Source: Myxococcota bacterium (GTDB lineage Bacteria > Myxococcota_A > UBA9160 > UBA4427). Taken from it: a DNA stretch of 64,000 bases. The notes under the pieces were generated by a model. The model ran no database searches and was not told the DNA's origin. It saw nothing but the letters and a program-made list of their open reading frames with translations. The DNA is taken from assembly GCA_041389495.1 (NCBI GenBank), contig JAWKRT010000004.1, positions 165,262 through 229,261 on the forward strand. The letters are read 5' to 3'. Positions 32,177 through 40,785 of the stretch are shown here, one piece after another. Within the stretch, counting starts at the first letter, position 1; the number at the start of each line of letters is the position of its first letter. The position numbers and the translations under genes were made by a program.

Positions 32177-32842
32177 ATGGTCCAGATCAACATGGCCAGC
32201 AAGGAGATCACCGTGAAGGTGGTCTACTACGGGCCCGCGCTGTCCGGGAAGACGACGAACCTCGTGATGCTGCACCAGCTCATGGATCCGTCGCGCCGCG
32301 GCAAGATGGTCACGCTCGACACCAAGGACGACCGCACGCTCTACTTCGACTTCCTGCCCGTCGAGTTCGAGGCGGCGGGCGGCTTCGCGATCAAGGTCAA
32401 GCTGTTCACGGTGCCCGGCCAGGTGATGCACAAGTCGACGCGCAAGGTCGTCCTCGCCGGTGCCGACGCGGTCGCCTTCATCGCCGATTCGCAGGTCTCC
32501 TCCGCGAGCGCCAACGCGTACTCGTGGCGCGACATGGAGGCCAACCTGAAGGCCAACGGCTTCGACTTCGACCGCATTCCCAAGGTCGTGCAGTTCAACA
32601 AGCGCGACCTGCCCGACATCAAGCCGCTCCAGGACATCCGCACCGCGTGGAAGGAGACGCCGACGTTCCCCGCGGTCGCGACGCGCGGCGAGGGCGTCCT
32701 CGAGACCTTCCGCGCGCTGATGCGCGAGCTCTACCGGAGCCTCGACGAGAAGCACGCCTTCGCGACGAAGTTCGGGCTGTCCGAGGACGACTTCCTCAAG
32801 GGCGTGATGCGCAACTTCCCGGCGAGGTCGCCCGGCGCCTGA
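32177..32842 (+). CDS. mglA: MglA-family small Ras-like GTPase (polarity/motility switch orthologue) with a ~28-aa C-terminal extension
   Basis: The N-terminus MVQINMASKEITVKVVYYGPALSGKTTN is collinear with M. xanthus MglA ([28 protein letters not shown]). DRTLYFDFLP (switch I), TVPGQ (switch II), FNKRD. No Roadblock/MglB gene is adjacent. Confidence 0.88.
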   Translation: MVQINMASKEITVKVVYYGPALSGKTTNLVMLHQLMDPSRRGKMVTLDTKDDRTLYFDFLPVEFEAAGGFAIKVKLFTVPGQVMHKSTRKVVLAGADAVAFIADSQVSSASANAYSWRDMEANLKANGFDFDRIPKVVQFNKRDLPDIKPLQDIRTAWKETPTFPAVATRGEGVLETFRALMRELYRSLDEKHAFATKFGLSEDDFLKGVMRNFPARSPGA

Positions 32843-32896
32843 CCTTCGCGATCCTTCCTCGCGTGCGAACGCCGCGGCGCGCGTCGCCTGCGCCGA

Positions 32897-32925
32897 TTGA
32901 CACCCCTAGTCCCCACAATTAGAGT
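32897..32925 (+). promoter_or_regulatory. Sigma70-type promoter TTGACA-N17-TAGAGT for ribBA
   Basis: Exact -35 consensus at 32897-32902, a 17-nt spacer, and TAGAGT at 32920-32925, in an intergenic region 181 nt upstream of the ribBA ATG. Confidence 0.6.
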
Positions 32926-32941
32926 CGGCCGGTCGCTCTCC

Positions 32942-33104
32942 GACCCCGGAGGGGCCGGCTCGACGGGCGCGCGGATCCCGACGTCGGCCGTCCCACTCGC
33001 CCGACCGGCGGAGATCGTCCCGCGCCACGCGCACTGCACAGCGCCCGCCGGAACCGCTGCTCCTCGGTGCACGGCCGATCGAGCGCGGTCCGCACGGGAG
33101 GTCC
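32942..33104 (+). ncRNA. Candidate FMN riboswitch (RFN element) in the ribBA leader
   Basis: GGGGC at 32951-32955. CCCGACCGGCGG at 33000-33011 is identical to the conserved RFN core. GTCCCGCG at 33017-33024. GCCGATCGAGCGCGGTCCGCACGGGAGG (33074-33101) resembles the GCCGACGGT-AAAGTCCGGATGGGAGA 3' block and contains the SD. The P2 region does not fit the consensus well. Confidence 0.4.
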
Positions 33105-33105
33105 G

Positions 33106-34416
33106 ATGGCCACCTCGCAGAGCTCCGATCGTCCGTCGTCCACCGAAGGGTCGGGCGATGCGGGGGGCGCGCGACTGCGCGCTCCGGCCGGCACGCCCGG
33201 CTCGCCGCTCGCCTCGATCGAGTCCGCGCTCGCGGACATCCGGGCCGGCCGGATGGTGATCCTCGTCGACGACGAGGATCGCGAGAACGAAGGCGACCTG
33301 TGCATGGCGGCCGAGAAGGTCACGCCGGCCGCGATCAACTTCATGGCGCGCGAAGGGCGCGGCCTCATCTGCCTGTCGCTCACCGAGGAGCGGCTGCGGC
33401 AGCTGAAGCTCGACATGATGGTGCCCGACCACGAGAACAGCGCGCAGCACGGGACGGCGTTCACGGTCTCGATCGAAGCGCGCGAGGGCGTGACGACGGG
33501 CATCTCGGCAGCCGACCGGGCGCATACGATCCTGACGGCGATCGCGCCCGACGCGCGGCCGGGCGACCTGTCGCGCCCCGGGCACGTCTTCCCGCTGCGC
33601 GCGCGCGCGGGCGGTGTGCTCCGGCGCGTCGGCCAGACGGAGGGGAGCGTCGACCTCGCGCGGCTCGCCGGCCTCGCTCCGGCGGGCGTGATCTGCGAGA
33701 TCATGAAGGACGACGGCACGATGGCGCGCATGCCCGACCTGGTCGAGTACGCGCGCCGGCACGCGCTCAAGATCGTGACCATCAAGGATCTCGTCGAGTA
33801 CCGCCTCCGCAACGAGCGGCTCGTGTGGCCCGCCGCCGAGGCGCGCATGCCGACGCGCCACGGCGACTTCCGCGCGATCGTCTACGAGAACGACATCGAC
33901 CGCGTCGATCACGTCGCCCTCGTGCGCGGCGAGTGGGGCGAGGACGAGGCCGTGCTCGTGCGCGTGCACAGCGAGTGCCTGACGGGCGACGCCTTCGGCT
34001 CGATGCGCTGCGACTGCGGCGAGCAGCTCGACGCGGCGCTCAAGATGATCGCCGATGCCGGCAAGGGCGTGCTCCTGTACATGCGCCAGGAAGGCCGCGG
34101 CATCGGGCTCAAGAACAAGATCCGCGCCTACGCGCTGCAGGACACCGAGGGGCTCGACACGGTCGAGGCGAACCACCGGCTCGGCTTCGCCGCCGACATG
34201 CGCGACTACGGCGTCGGCACGCAGATCCTCGTCCACCTCGGCATCCGCAACATGCGGATGATCACGAACAACCCGGGCAAGCGCGCGGGCATCGAGGGCT
34301 ACGGCCTGCGGATCGCGGAGCGCGTGCCGCTCGAGATCGCACCCAACGAGAACAACCTCGAGTACCTCCGCACCAAGAAGGAGAAGCTCGGGCACGTCCT
34401 CAACCTGATGAGCTAA
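33106..34416 (+). CDS. ribBA: Bifunctional 3,4-dihydroxy-2-butanone-4-phosphate synthase / GTP cyclohydrolase II
   Basis: [11 protein letters not shown] (DHBPS) and [18 protein letters not shown] (GCHII zinc site). Start at the internal ATG at 33106 preceded by GGGAGG. Confidence 0.93.
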   Translation: MATSQSSDRPSSTEGSGDAGGARLRAPAGTPGSPLASIESALADIRAGRMVILVDDEDRENEGDLCMAAEKVTPAAINFMAREGRGLICLSLTEERLRQLKLDMMVPDHENSAQHGTAFTVSIEAREGVTTGISAADRAHTILTAIAPDARPGDLSRPGHVFPLRARAGGVLRRVGQTEGSVDLARLAGLAPAGVICEIMKDDGTMARMPDLVEYARRHALKIVTIKDLVEYRLRNERLVWPAAEARMPTRHGDFRAIVYENDIDRVDHVALVRGEWGEDEAVLVRVHSECLTGDAFGSMRCDCGEQLDAALKMIADAGKGVLLYMRQEGRGIGLKNKIRAYALQDTEGLDTVEANHRLGFAADMRDYGVGTQILVHLGIRNMRMITNNPGKRAGIEGYGLRIAERVPLEIAPNENNLEYLRTKKEKLGHVLNLMS

Positions 34417-34452
34417 CCCGCTCGCCCGCGCGAGCGCCGCCTTGGAGACCGC

Positions 34453-35448
34453 ATGTTCAGCTCCGTCCAGAACGTCATCGAGAGCCTCGGCGCGCAGGGC
34501 TACATCTGCGACAAGAACATCGCGACCGTCGTGTATCTCGCGCAGCAGCTCGAGAAGCCGGTGCTCGTCGAGGGGCCGGCGGGCGTCGGGAAGACCGAGC
34601 TCGCCAAGGTCGTCGCCGGGGCGCTCGGCCAGAAGCTGGTCCGCCTGCAGTGCTACGAGGGCCTCGACGAGGCGAAGGCGCTGTACGAGTGGGAGTACAG
34701 CAAGCAGCTCCTCTACACGCAGATCCTCAAGGACAAGTTCGCCGAGGCCATGGCGGACGCGAAGACGATGGCCGACGCGGCGGACCGCGTCGGTCGCGAG
34801 GACACCGTCTTCTTCTCCGACCGCTTCATCGTGCCGCGACCGCTGATGACGGCGATCACGTCCGAGGACCCGGTGCTCCTGCTGATCGACGAGGTCGACA
34901 AGTCGGATCCGGAGTTCGAGGCGTTCCTGCTCGAGGTGCTGTCGGACTTCCAGGTCACCGTGCCCGAGGTCGGCACGTTCGTCGCGAAGCGCAAGCCGCT
35001 CGTGTTCCTGACCTCGAACGACGCCCGCGAGATGAGCGACGCGCTGAAGCGCCGCTGCCTGCACCTGTGGATCGACTACCCGCCGGCCGAGCTCGAAGTG
35101 GCGATCCTGAACGAGAAGGTCCCGGGCATCGAGCAGCGGCTCGCCGAGGACCTGATCCAGCTGATGAACGGGATCCGGGCGCTCGACCTGAAGAAGCGCC
35201 CGTCCATCAGCGAGACGCTCGACTGGGCGCGCGCGCTCCTCGCGCTGAACGCGAACGACCTCGAGGACGAGGTCGTCGCCGACACGCTCAACGTCATCCT
35301 CAAGTACGAGGGCGACGTGAAGAAGGCGCAGAGCGAGCTGGCCAAGCTCATCGAGAAGAAGTCGGCGCGGATCGCCGCCGAGGGCCCGCAGGGTGCCGAG
35401 GCGCCGAAGCCGGCCGCGGCCGCCGCGAAGAAGGGCGTACTGCATTGA
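34453..35448 (+). CDS. MoxR-family AAA+ ATPase (AAA_5, CoxD-like)
   Basis: Walker A GPAGVGKTELAK, Walker B LLLIDEVDKSD, sensor region TSNDAREMSDALKRRC. 331 aa. Confidence 0.88.
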   Translation: MFSSVQNVIESLGAQGYICDKNIATVVYLAQQLEKPVLVEGPAGVGKTELAKVVAGALGQKLVRLQCYEGLDEAKALYEWEYSKQLLYTQILKDKFAEAMADAKTMADAADRVGREDTVFFSDRFIVPRPLMTAITSEDPVLLLIDEVDKSDPEFEAFLLEVLSDFQVTVPEVGTFVAKRKPLVFLTSNDAREMSDALKRRCLHLWIDYPPAELEVAILNEKVPGIEQRLAEDLIQLMNGIRALDLKKRPSISETLDWARALLALNANDLEDEVVADTLNVILKYEGDVKKAQSELAKLIEKKSARIAAEGPQGAEAPKPAAAAAKKGVLH

Positions 35449-35450
35449 GC

Positions 35451-36872
35451 ATGCAGGCGAAGGTCATCGAGTTCACGAACCTGCTCCGCAAGAGCGGCGT
35501 TCGCGTCTCGGTCGCGGAGGCGATCGACGCCTTCACGGCGCTCGACGAGCTCTCGCTCGACGACCGCGAGATCTTCAAGGACGCACTGCGCTCCTCGATG
35601 ATCAAGCGCGGCGACGAGATCGCGACCTTCGACCAGCTGTTCGACCTCTTCTGGTCGGGCTTCTACGACAACCTGCAGCAGAGCTTCGGCAACCTGGGCG
35701 CCGAGCTCGGCGAGATGGGGCTCGACCTCGAGCAGCTGATGCAGCAGCTGGCCGAGATGCTGGGCCGGATGGAGCAGGGCGACGTCGACCTCTCCGAGCT
35801 CGCGAAGGCCCTCCTCACCCAGGACCTCTCGATGATCGAGGGCATGATCCGCGATGCCGCGAAGCAGGCGGGCATCGAGCGGATCGAGAACATGCTCCAG
35901 GTGGGCTTCTTCTCCCGCCGGACCCTCGAGCAGATGGACATGGAGGGCGCGGGCAGCGAGCTCGAGGCCCTCGTCGCGCAGCTCCAGGAGATGGGGCTCT
36001 CGGCGCAGGACGCCGAGGCGATGCGCAACATGATCCAGAAGCTCATGGAGACGCTGCGCCGCGCCGTCCGCGACTTCACCGAGCGCGAGCTGCAGACGCG
36101 CAACCACGACTACATGGAGAAGTTCCGCCGTGAGATGCTCACGGAGAAGAGCTTCTACCACCTGACCGAGGCCGAGATCCAGCAGATGCGCGAGGTCGTG
36201 CACCGCCTCGCGCAGCGCATCAAGAACATCCTGTCGATCCGGCGCAAGCGGCTGAAGCGCGGCAAGCTCGACCTGCACACGACGCTGCGGCGCAACATGG
36301 CGCGCGGCGGCATCCCGTTCGAGGTGACGTTCAAGCAGCGTCGCAAGGAGCGGCCGAAGCTCGTGATCCTGTGCGACGTGTCGTCGTCGGTCGCGAACGT
36401 GTCCCGCTTCATGCTGCAGTTCTGCTACGAGCTGCAGGAGGCGTTCACCAAGATCCGCGCCTTCGTCTTCGTCGCCGAGCTGGGCGAGGTGACGCAGGTG
36501 TTCTCGGACAACGACGTCTCGACCGCGATCGACAAGGCGCTCGACGGCGGCGAGGTGATCAACGTCTACACGCGCAGCAACTTCGGCTACGCGTTCCACC
36601 ACTTCTGGAAGAACCACCTGTCGGCGATCGACAACAAGACGACCGTCCTGATCCTCGGCGACGCGCGGAACAACTACAACGACCCGAAGGCCTGGTGCAT
36701 CCGCGACATCCAGACGAAGGCGAAGAACGTCGTGTGGTTGAACCCGGAGAGCCCGAGCGCCTGGGGCTTCGGCGACTCCGTCATGGATCGCTACATGCCG
36801 TACTGCGACGTGGTCGAGGAATGCCGCAACCTGCGGCAGCTGTCGCGGATCGTGGACGACATCGTCCTCTGA
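35451..36872 (+). CDS. VWA-domain protein (CoxE-like), partner of the MoxR ATPase
   Basis: ATG 3 nt after the MoxR stop. Long helical, acidic N-terminal region. C-terminal VWA with MIDAS LCDVSSSV and LILGDARNNYNDP. Confidence 0.85.
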   Translation: MQAKVIEFTNLLRKSGVRVSVAEAIDAFTALDELSLDDREIFKDALRSSMIKRGDEIATFDQLFDLFWSGFYDNLQQSFGNLGAELGEMGLDLEQLMQQLAEMLGRMEQGDVDLSELAKALLTQDLSMIEGMIRDAAKQAGIERIENMLQVGFFSRRTLEQMDMEGAGSELEALVAQLQEMGLSAQDAEAMRNMIQKLMETLRRAVRDFTERELQTRNHDYMEKFRREMLTEKSFYHLTEAEIQQMREVVHRLAQRIKNILSIRRKRLKRGKLDLHTTLRRNMARGGIPFEVTFKQRRKERPKLVILCDVSSSVANVSRFMLQFCYELQEAFTKIRAFVFVAELGEVTQVFSDNDVSTAIDKALDGGEVINVYTRSNFGYAFHHFWKNHLSAIDNKTTVLILGDARNNYNDPKAWCIRDIQTKAKNVVWLNPESPSAWGFGDSVMDRYMPYCDVVEECRNLRQLSRIVDDIVL

Positions 36873-36964
36873 TCTGCGCGCTCCCGGGGCCGGCCGCCGC
36901 CTCGATCTCCCGAGCCCAAACACCGTTCCGTCGCCGTTCGCAGGCCGCGGAATGCGCGTTCGCG

Positions 36965-37173
36965 CAAAGAGGAACGCCCCGCTGGCAGGGCCAGCGGGGC
37001 GTCGTCAGGGGGGAGGGCGGCGGATCATATGATGGGGGGTGAGAGGTTGGACATTTCCGAGAAGAAATGGCCTAATCCGCCGCCGCTCCAGAACCTGTGA
37101 AACTCCTCGAAGGTCTTCGACCGTGCGCAGCGTACCACGACGCCGCTCGTCTCCGCTCCGGTCGCTTACCGGG
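36965..37173 (-). ncRNA. Candidate structured small RNA (about 200 nt) on the minus strand
   Basis: Bounded by a putative promoter (37209-37180, minus) and the 13-bp hairpin with a T-rich tail. Internal 10-bp stem 37016-37025/37075-37084 encloses a 9-bp stem 37049-37057/37064-37072. No convincing ORF. Identity unknown. Confidence 0.3.
36974..37002. terminator. Perfect 13-bp GC-rich hairpin (ACGCCCCGCTGGC-agg-GCCAGCGGGGCGT)
   Basis: Read directly from the sequence, about 100 nt after the VWA stop. On the minus strand it is followed by TCCTCTTTG. On the plus strand no T-tract follows. It could terminate either or both transcripts. Confidence 0.5.
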
Positions 37174-37179
37174 AAGCCG

Positions 37180-37209
37180 AGTATCGGACGAGCGGGGCGC
37201 CCTTGTCAA
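37180..37209 (-). promoter_or_regulatory. Putative sigma70 promoter TTGACA-N18-GATACT (minus strand)
   Basis: TTGACA is the complement of 37204-37209 and GATACT is the complement of 37180-37185. It lies in a relatively AT-rich spacer with no minus-strand CDS downstream. Confidence 0.3.
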
Positions 37210-37401
37210 TCCACGAATTGAAACAGCATCTCGAAAATCCGGAACTGCTTTTCCGCCGAGGAGTTGCGTCGGTCCTCTCGACGCGATTCGAGGGGCTGGC
37301 GGCCGGATGGGCCGGTGCGGCGGGGTCCCGGCCCGGGTAGGTTCCGCCGCCCGCCGCACCCAGGTCGGAGCGGCGCGCCGGACCGGCCGTCGGGAGGAGC
37401 C

Positions 37402-38883
37402 GTGAGCCCGCCTCGCGCGTTCGCCATCCGCACCTACGGGTGCCAGATGAACGTCCACGACTCGCAGAAGGTCGCGAACCTCCTGTTCCACGCGGGCTAC
37501 CGCGAGGCGGCGAGCGAGGAGGAGGCCGACCTCCTGGTCGTGAACACGTGCTCGATCCGCGAGAAGGCGGAGCACCACCTCTACAGCGACCTCGGAGCGC
37601 TGCGCGAGTGGAAGGCAGCGGCGCCGGGACGGGTCGTCGGCGTGGGCGGTTGTGTCGCCCAGCAGGTCGGCGACGGGCTGCTCGCCCGCTTCCCGCAGCT
37701 CGACTTCGTGTTCGGGACGCACAACGTGCGCCACGTCGCCGCACTCGCGGAGGCCGCCCTGCGCGGCGAGCGCGCGGCGCGCACCGAGGAATCGGCCGGC
37801 CCGGAGCGCTTCGCGCTCCCCGAGGCGCATCCGGTCTGGGCGGGCAGCCGCGCCGCGCGGGCCTACGTCACCGTGATGGAAGGCTGCGACATGTTCTGCA
37901 GCTTCTGCATCGTTCCCCTCACGCGCGGCCGCGAGGTCAGTCGCACCGCCGAGGCGATCGTCGCCGAGGTGCGGGCGCTCGCGGACCGGGGTGTGCGCGA
38001 GGTGACACTGCTCGGGCAGACCGTGAACGCCTACGGGCGGCACGACGTGCGCCGCGGGCGCGAGGCCGCCGCCGGGACCACCACCTTCGCGGCGCTCCTT
38101 CGCGCCGTCGACGCGATCCCGGGCATCGACCGCATCCGGTACACGAGCCCGCACCCGCGATTCGTCGACGACGAGCTCGTGCGCGCCCACGGCGAGCTCG
38201 AGCACCTCTGCCCGCACGTGCACCTCCCGGTGCAGAGCGGGTCGGATCGCATCCTCGAAGCGATGCACCGACGCTACACGCGAGCGGAGTACGAGCGGGT
38301 CGCCCGCGCGCTTCGCGCCGCTCGGCCCGACGTCGCGCTGACGACCGACCTGATCGTCGGCTTCCCGGGCGAGACCGACGGCGACTTCGAGGCGACGCTC
38401 GGGCTGGTGCGCGACATCGGGTTCGTCGACCACTACTCGTTCAAGTACTCGCCGCGGCCCGGCACGCGCGCGGCCGAGGCCCCCGCGCGCGACGAGGTGC
38501 CGGCCGGCCTGGCGCAGGAGCGGCTCGAGCGGCTGCAGGATCTGCAGCGCGGGCTGTCCCTCGCGTACCACCGGGGGAGGGTCGGGACGCGGACGCGCGT
38601 GCTCGTCGACGGGCCGAGCCGCAAGGGCGGGCTCCAGCTCTGCGGGCGGGACCCGTACCACCGCGTCGTGAACTTCGAGCCGCCGCGCGGCGGGATCGCG
38701 CCGCATCCGGGCGACCTCGTCGAGGTCGACCTCGTCGAGGCGCTGCCGCACTCGCTGATCGGCGAGCTCGCCGTCGCGCCCGGGAGCCTCGCCGGCCGCG
38801 ACGGCCCGGATGCATCGTCCGCTCGGACCACGGCGACCGCGAGCGACGGCGATGCCCGTCTGCGCGTCGTCTCGAGCCTCTAG
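37402..38883 (+). CDS. miaB: tRNA-2-methylthio-N6-dimethylallyladenosine synthase
   Basis: GTG after GGGAGGAG. UPF0004 TYGCQMN...NTCSIREKAE, radical-SAM GCDMFCSFCIVP, and a TRAM domain at the C-terminus. Confidence 0.92.
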   Translation: MSPPRAFAIRTYGCQMNVHDSQKVANLLFHAGYREAASEEEADLLVVNTCSIREKAEHHLYSDLGALREWKAAAPGRVVGVGGCVAQQVGDGLLARFPQLDFVFGTHNVRHVAALAEAALRGERAARTEESAGPERFALPEAHPVWAGSRAARAYVTVMEGCDMFCSFCIVPLTRGREVSRTAEAIVAEVRALADRGVREVTLLGQTVNAYGRHDVRRGREAAAGTTTFAALLRAVDAIPGIDRIRYTSPHPRFVDDELVRAHGELEHLCPHVHLPVQSGSDRILEAMHRRYTRAEYERVARALRAARPDVALTTDLIVGFPGETDGDFEATLGLVRDIGFVDHYSFKYSPRPGTRAAEAPARDEVPAGLAQERLERLQDLQRGLSLAYHRGRVGTRTRVLVDGPSRKGGLQLCGRDPYHRVVNFEPPRGGIAPHPGDLVEVDLVEALPHSLIGELAVAPGSLAGRDGPDASSARTTATASDGDARLRVVSSL

Positions 38884-38946
38884 CCCCTCGGGCGTTCCGC
38901 CGAAGAGAGCCCTCGTTGCGGGAGGGGTGCGCCCGCGGAGGGACCG

Positions 38947-40785
38947 ATGGCGAAGGCGCGGGTGCTCGCGGTCGACGACCAGCGCTACTTCCGCGAGCTG
39001 ATCGAAGGTCTGCTCGCGGAGGGGGGCTACGCGGTCCAGACCGCCTCGAGCGCCGAGGAGGCGCTCCACCGGCTCGAGCGCGAAGACTTCGACATCGTCG
39101 TCACCGACCTCGTGATGCCGGGCATCGACGGCGCCGAGCTCTGCCGTCGCATCAAGCAGCGCAAGCCGGACCAGGACATCGTGATGATCACGGGCGTCGT
39201 CGACGTGCAGACCGCCGTCGACGCGATGAAGCTCGGGGCCACCGACTACCTGCTGAAGCCGTTCGACCGCGAGACGCTCGTGGGCGCGCTCGACGCGATC
39301 CGCAAGCAGCGTCGCCTGCGCGAGGAGCACGCACGACTCGTCGAGGAGAATCTCGAGTACCTCGGTGCGCTCTCGCTCTACGAGCGCGCGACGGGCCTCT
39401 TCCAGACGCTCGGCCTCGCCGCGCTCGCCGAGCGCGCCGTCGAGGGCCTGTGCATCGAGACGCGCGCGCAGGGCGGCGTCGTGTGGATGGCCGACGACCT
39501 CGAACGCGAGGCGCCGCTCGCGCTCGCGGGCGTGCGCGGCCTGCTGCGCGTCGAGAACGAGCCCAAGCAGCTCGACCCGAACGACCTCTCGCACGACGTC
39601 GTCGCGGCGCTCGCGCGCGGGCGCGCGCGCATCGGCTCCGACGGCGAGCTCGGCACGGTGCTCTGGGTGCCACTCGAGCACGCCGGCCAGCTGCTCGGCG
39701 TCGTGCGGCTGTCAGACAAGCTGGAGGGCGAGGCCTTCGGCGAGCTCGACCGGCTGCGCGCCGAGAAGCTCGCCGGGTTCGCGGCGCTCGCCGCCGCCAA
39801 CACGCTCCGCTTCCGCGCGCTCGAGCGCCGCTCGTTCCGCGACCCGGTCACGAAGACCTACACGCGCGCCTACTTCCAGGACGTCGTCCACAACGAGATC
39901 CAGAAGGCGGCGCGTTTCGCGCGCGAGTTCTCGCTGCTGCGGCTGCGGCTCGACGACGCGATCGAGCGCCGCCGCTCGAGCTCGCAGACCGAGCACGCGC
40001 GCTGGCTCGAGGCGTGCGTGCAGCGCGCGAGCCAGGCGCTCCGCGCGACCGACATCCTCGCGACCGAGGGCGACGACGCCTTCAGCGTGCTGCTGCCCGA
40101 GACCGACTCGCTCGCGGCGGCGGCGCTCGCGGCGCGCGTGCGCGCCGCTCTCGCGGAGTCGGGCGCGGCCGGGCCCGTCTCCACCGCCTGCGCGACGTTC
40201 CCCGCGGACGGCACGCGCGCCGAGATGCTCGAGCGCGTGCTGGCGACGCGGCTCGCCGCGAGCGCCGAGAGCCTCGCGCCGGACGTCGAGCGGCACACGC
40301 TCGCGGGCGCGCTCGACGCGCTGCTCGCGCGCGGGCGGCGCGAGCGCGCCGATCAACGCGACGCGATCGCCGAGCTCGTGATGCGCGCCGTGGCGTGTCA
40401 GCCGCACGAGCGCGCGTTCGTGCTCTACGCGGTCCCCGAGAAGGAGTCGCAGGGCGTGCGGGCCGCTCTCGACGACGCGATCGGCGAGCTCGACCGGCGC
40501 GCGTCGACGGCCGGCGCACTGCGGACCGAGCTCGTGCTCGCGGGGCCGCACGTCGACGCGCGCGAGGCGGACGGGCCGACGGCCGTCGTGCGCGCGCCCG
40601 GCGGGCGCGTCGGGCGCTGCGACGCCGCGCTGATCGCGCTCGGCGACGGCCCTTCCTACGCGTTCGTCGCCGGCGCGGAGGCGCGCGACGGCACGCTCGC
40701 CTTCTTCCACACGGACGATCGCGCGCTGGTCGAGCAGCTCGCCGTGCAGGCGCGCCGCGAGCTCGGAATGGCGGTGGCGGAATGA
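38947..40785 (+). CDS. Response regulator: receiver + GAF-like + degenerate GGDEF + uncharacterised C-terminal domain
   Basis: Intact REC (VDDQ, VVTDLVMPG, MITG, LLKPF). GAF-like middle. The GGDEF-homologous region starts at RDPVTKTYTRAYF, but the signature reads EGDDAF (GGDEF expected). The last ~190 aa have no recognised motif. Confidence 0.8.
   Translation: MAKARVLAVDDQRYFRELIEGLLAEGGYAVQTASSAEEALHRLEREDFDIVVTDLVMPGIDGAELCRRIKQRKPDQDIVMITGVVDVQTAVDAMKLGATDYLLKPFDRETLVGALDAIRKQRRLREEHARLVEENLEYLGALSLYERATGLFQTLGLAALAERAVEGLCIETRAQGGVVWMADDLEREAPLALAGVRGLLRVENEPKQLDPNDLSHDVVAALARGRARIGSDGELGTVLWVPLEHAGQLLGVVRLSDKLEGEAFGELDRLRAEKLAGFAALAAANTLRFRALERRSFRDPVTKTYTRAYFQDVVHNEIQKAARFAREFSLLRLRLDDAIERRRSSSQTEHARWLEACVQRASQALRATDILATEGDDAFSVLLPETDSLAAAALAARVRAALAESGAAGPVSTACATFPADGTRAEMLERVLATRLAASAESLAPDVERHTLAGALDALLARGRRERADQRDAIAELVMRAVACQPHERAFVLYAVPEKESQGVRAALDDAIGELDRRASTAGALRTELVLAGPHVDAREADGPTAVVRAPGGRVGRCDAALIALGDGPSYAFVAGAEARDGTLAFFHTDDRALVEQLAVQARRELGMAVAE

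Noticed and set aside
37029-37100. Mini-ORF MMGGERLDISEKKWPNPPPLQNL (23 aa, + strand) and a 9-aa minus-strand ORF (MSNLSPPII) inside the spacer.
   Set aside because: SD spacing is poor (11 nt). Codon usage is unlike the rest of the genome. The region is dominated by stable RNA helices, and there is no supporting conservation evidence.
36873-37401. Known housekeeping RNA (SRP/4.5S, 6S, tmRNA, RNase P) in the large spacer.
   Set aside because: TCCGGAA at 37238 lacks the surrounding SRP domain IV consensus (GGTCCGGAAGGAAGCAGCC). No tmRNA tag or resume codon, or RNase P CR-I/CR-V motifs, were seen. A 6S-like fold cannot be judged by eye.
39900-40300. Active diguanylate cyclase.
   Set aside because: The GGDEF-homologous domain has EGDDAF at the signature position, so I do not call it an active cyclase. 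It is treated as degenerate pending a proper profile alignment.
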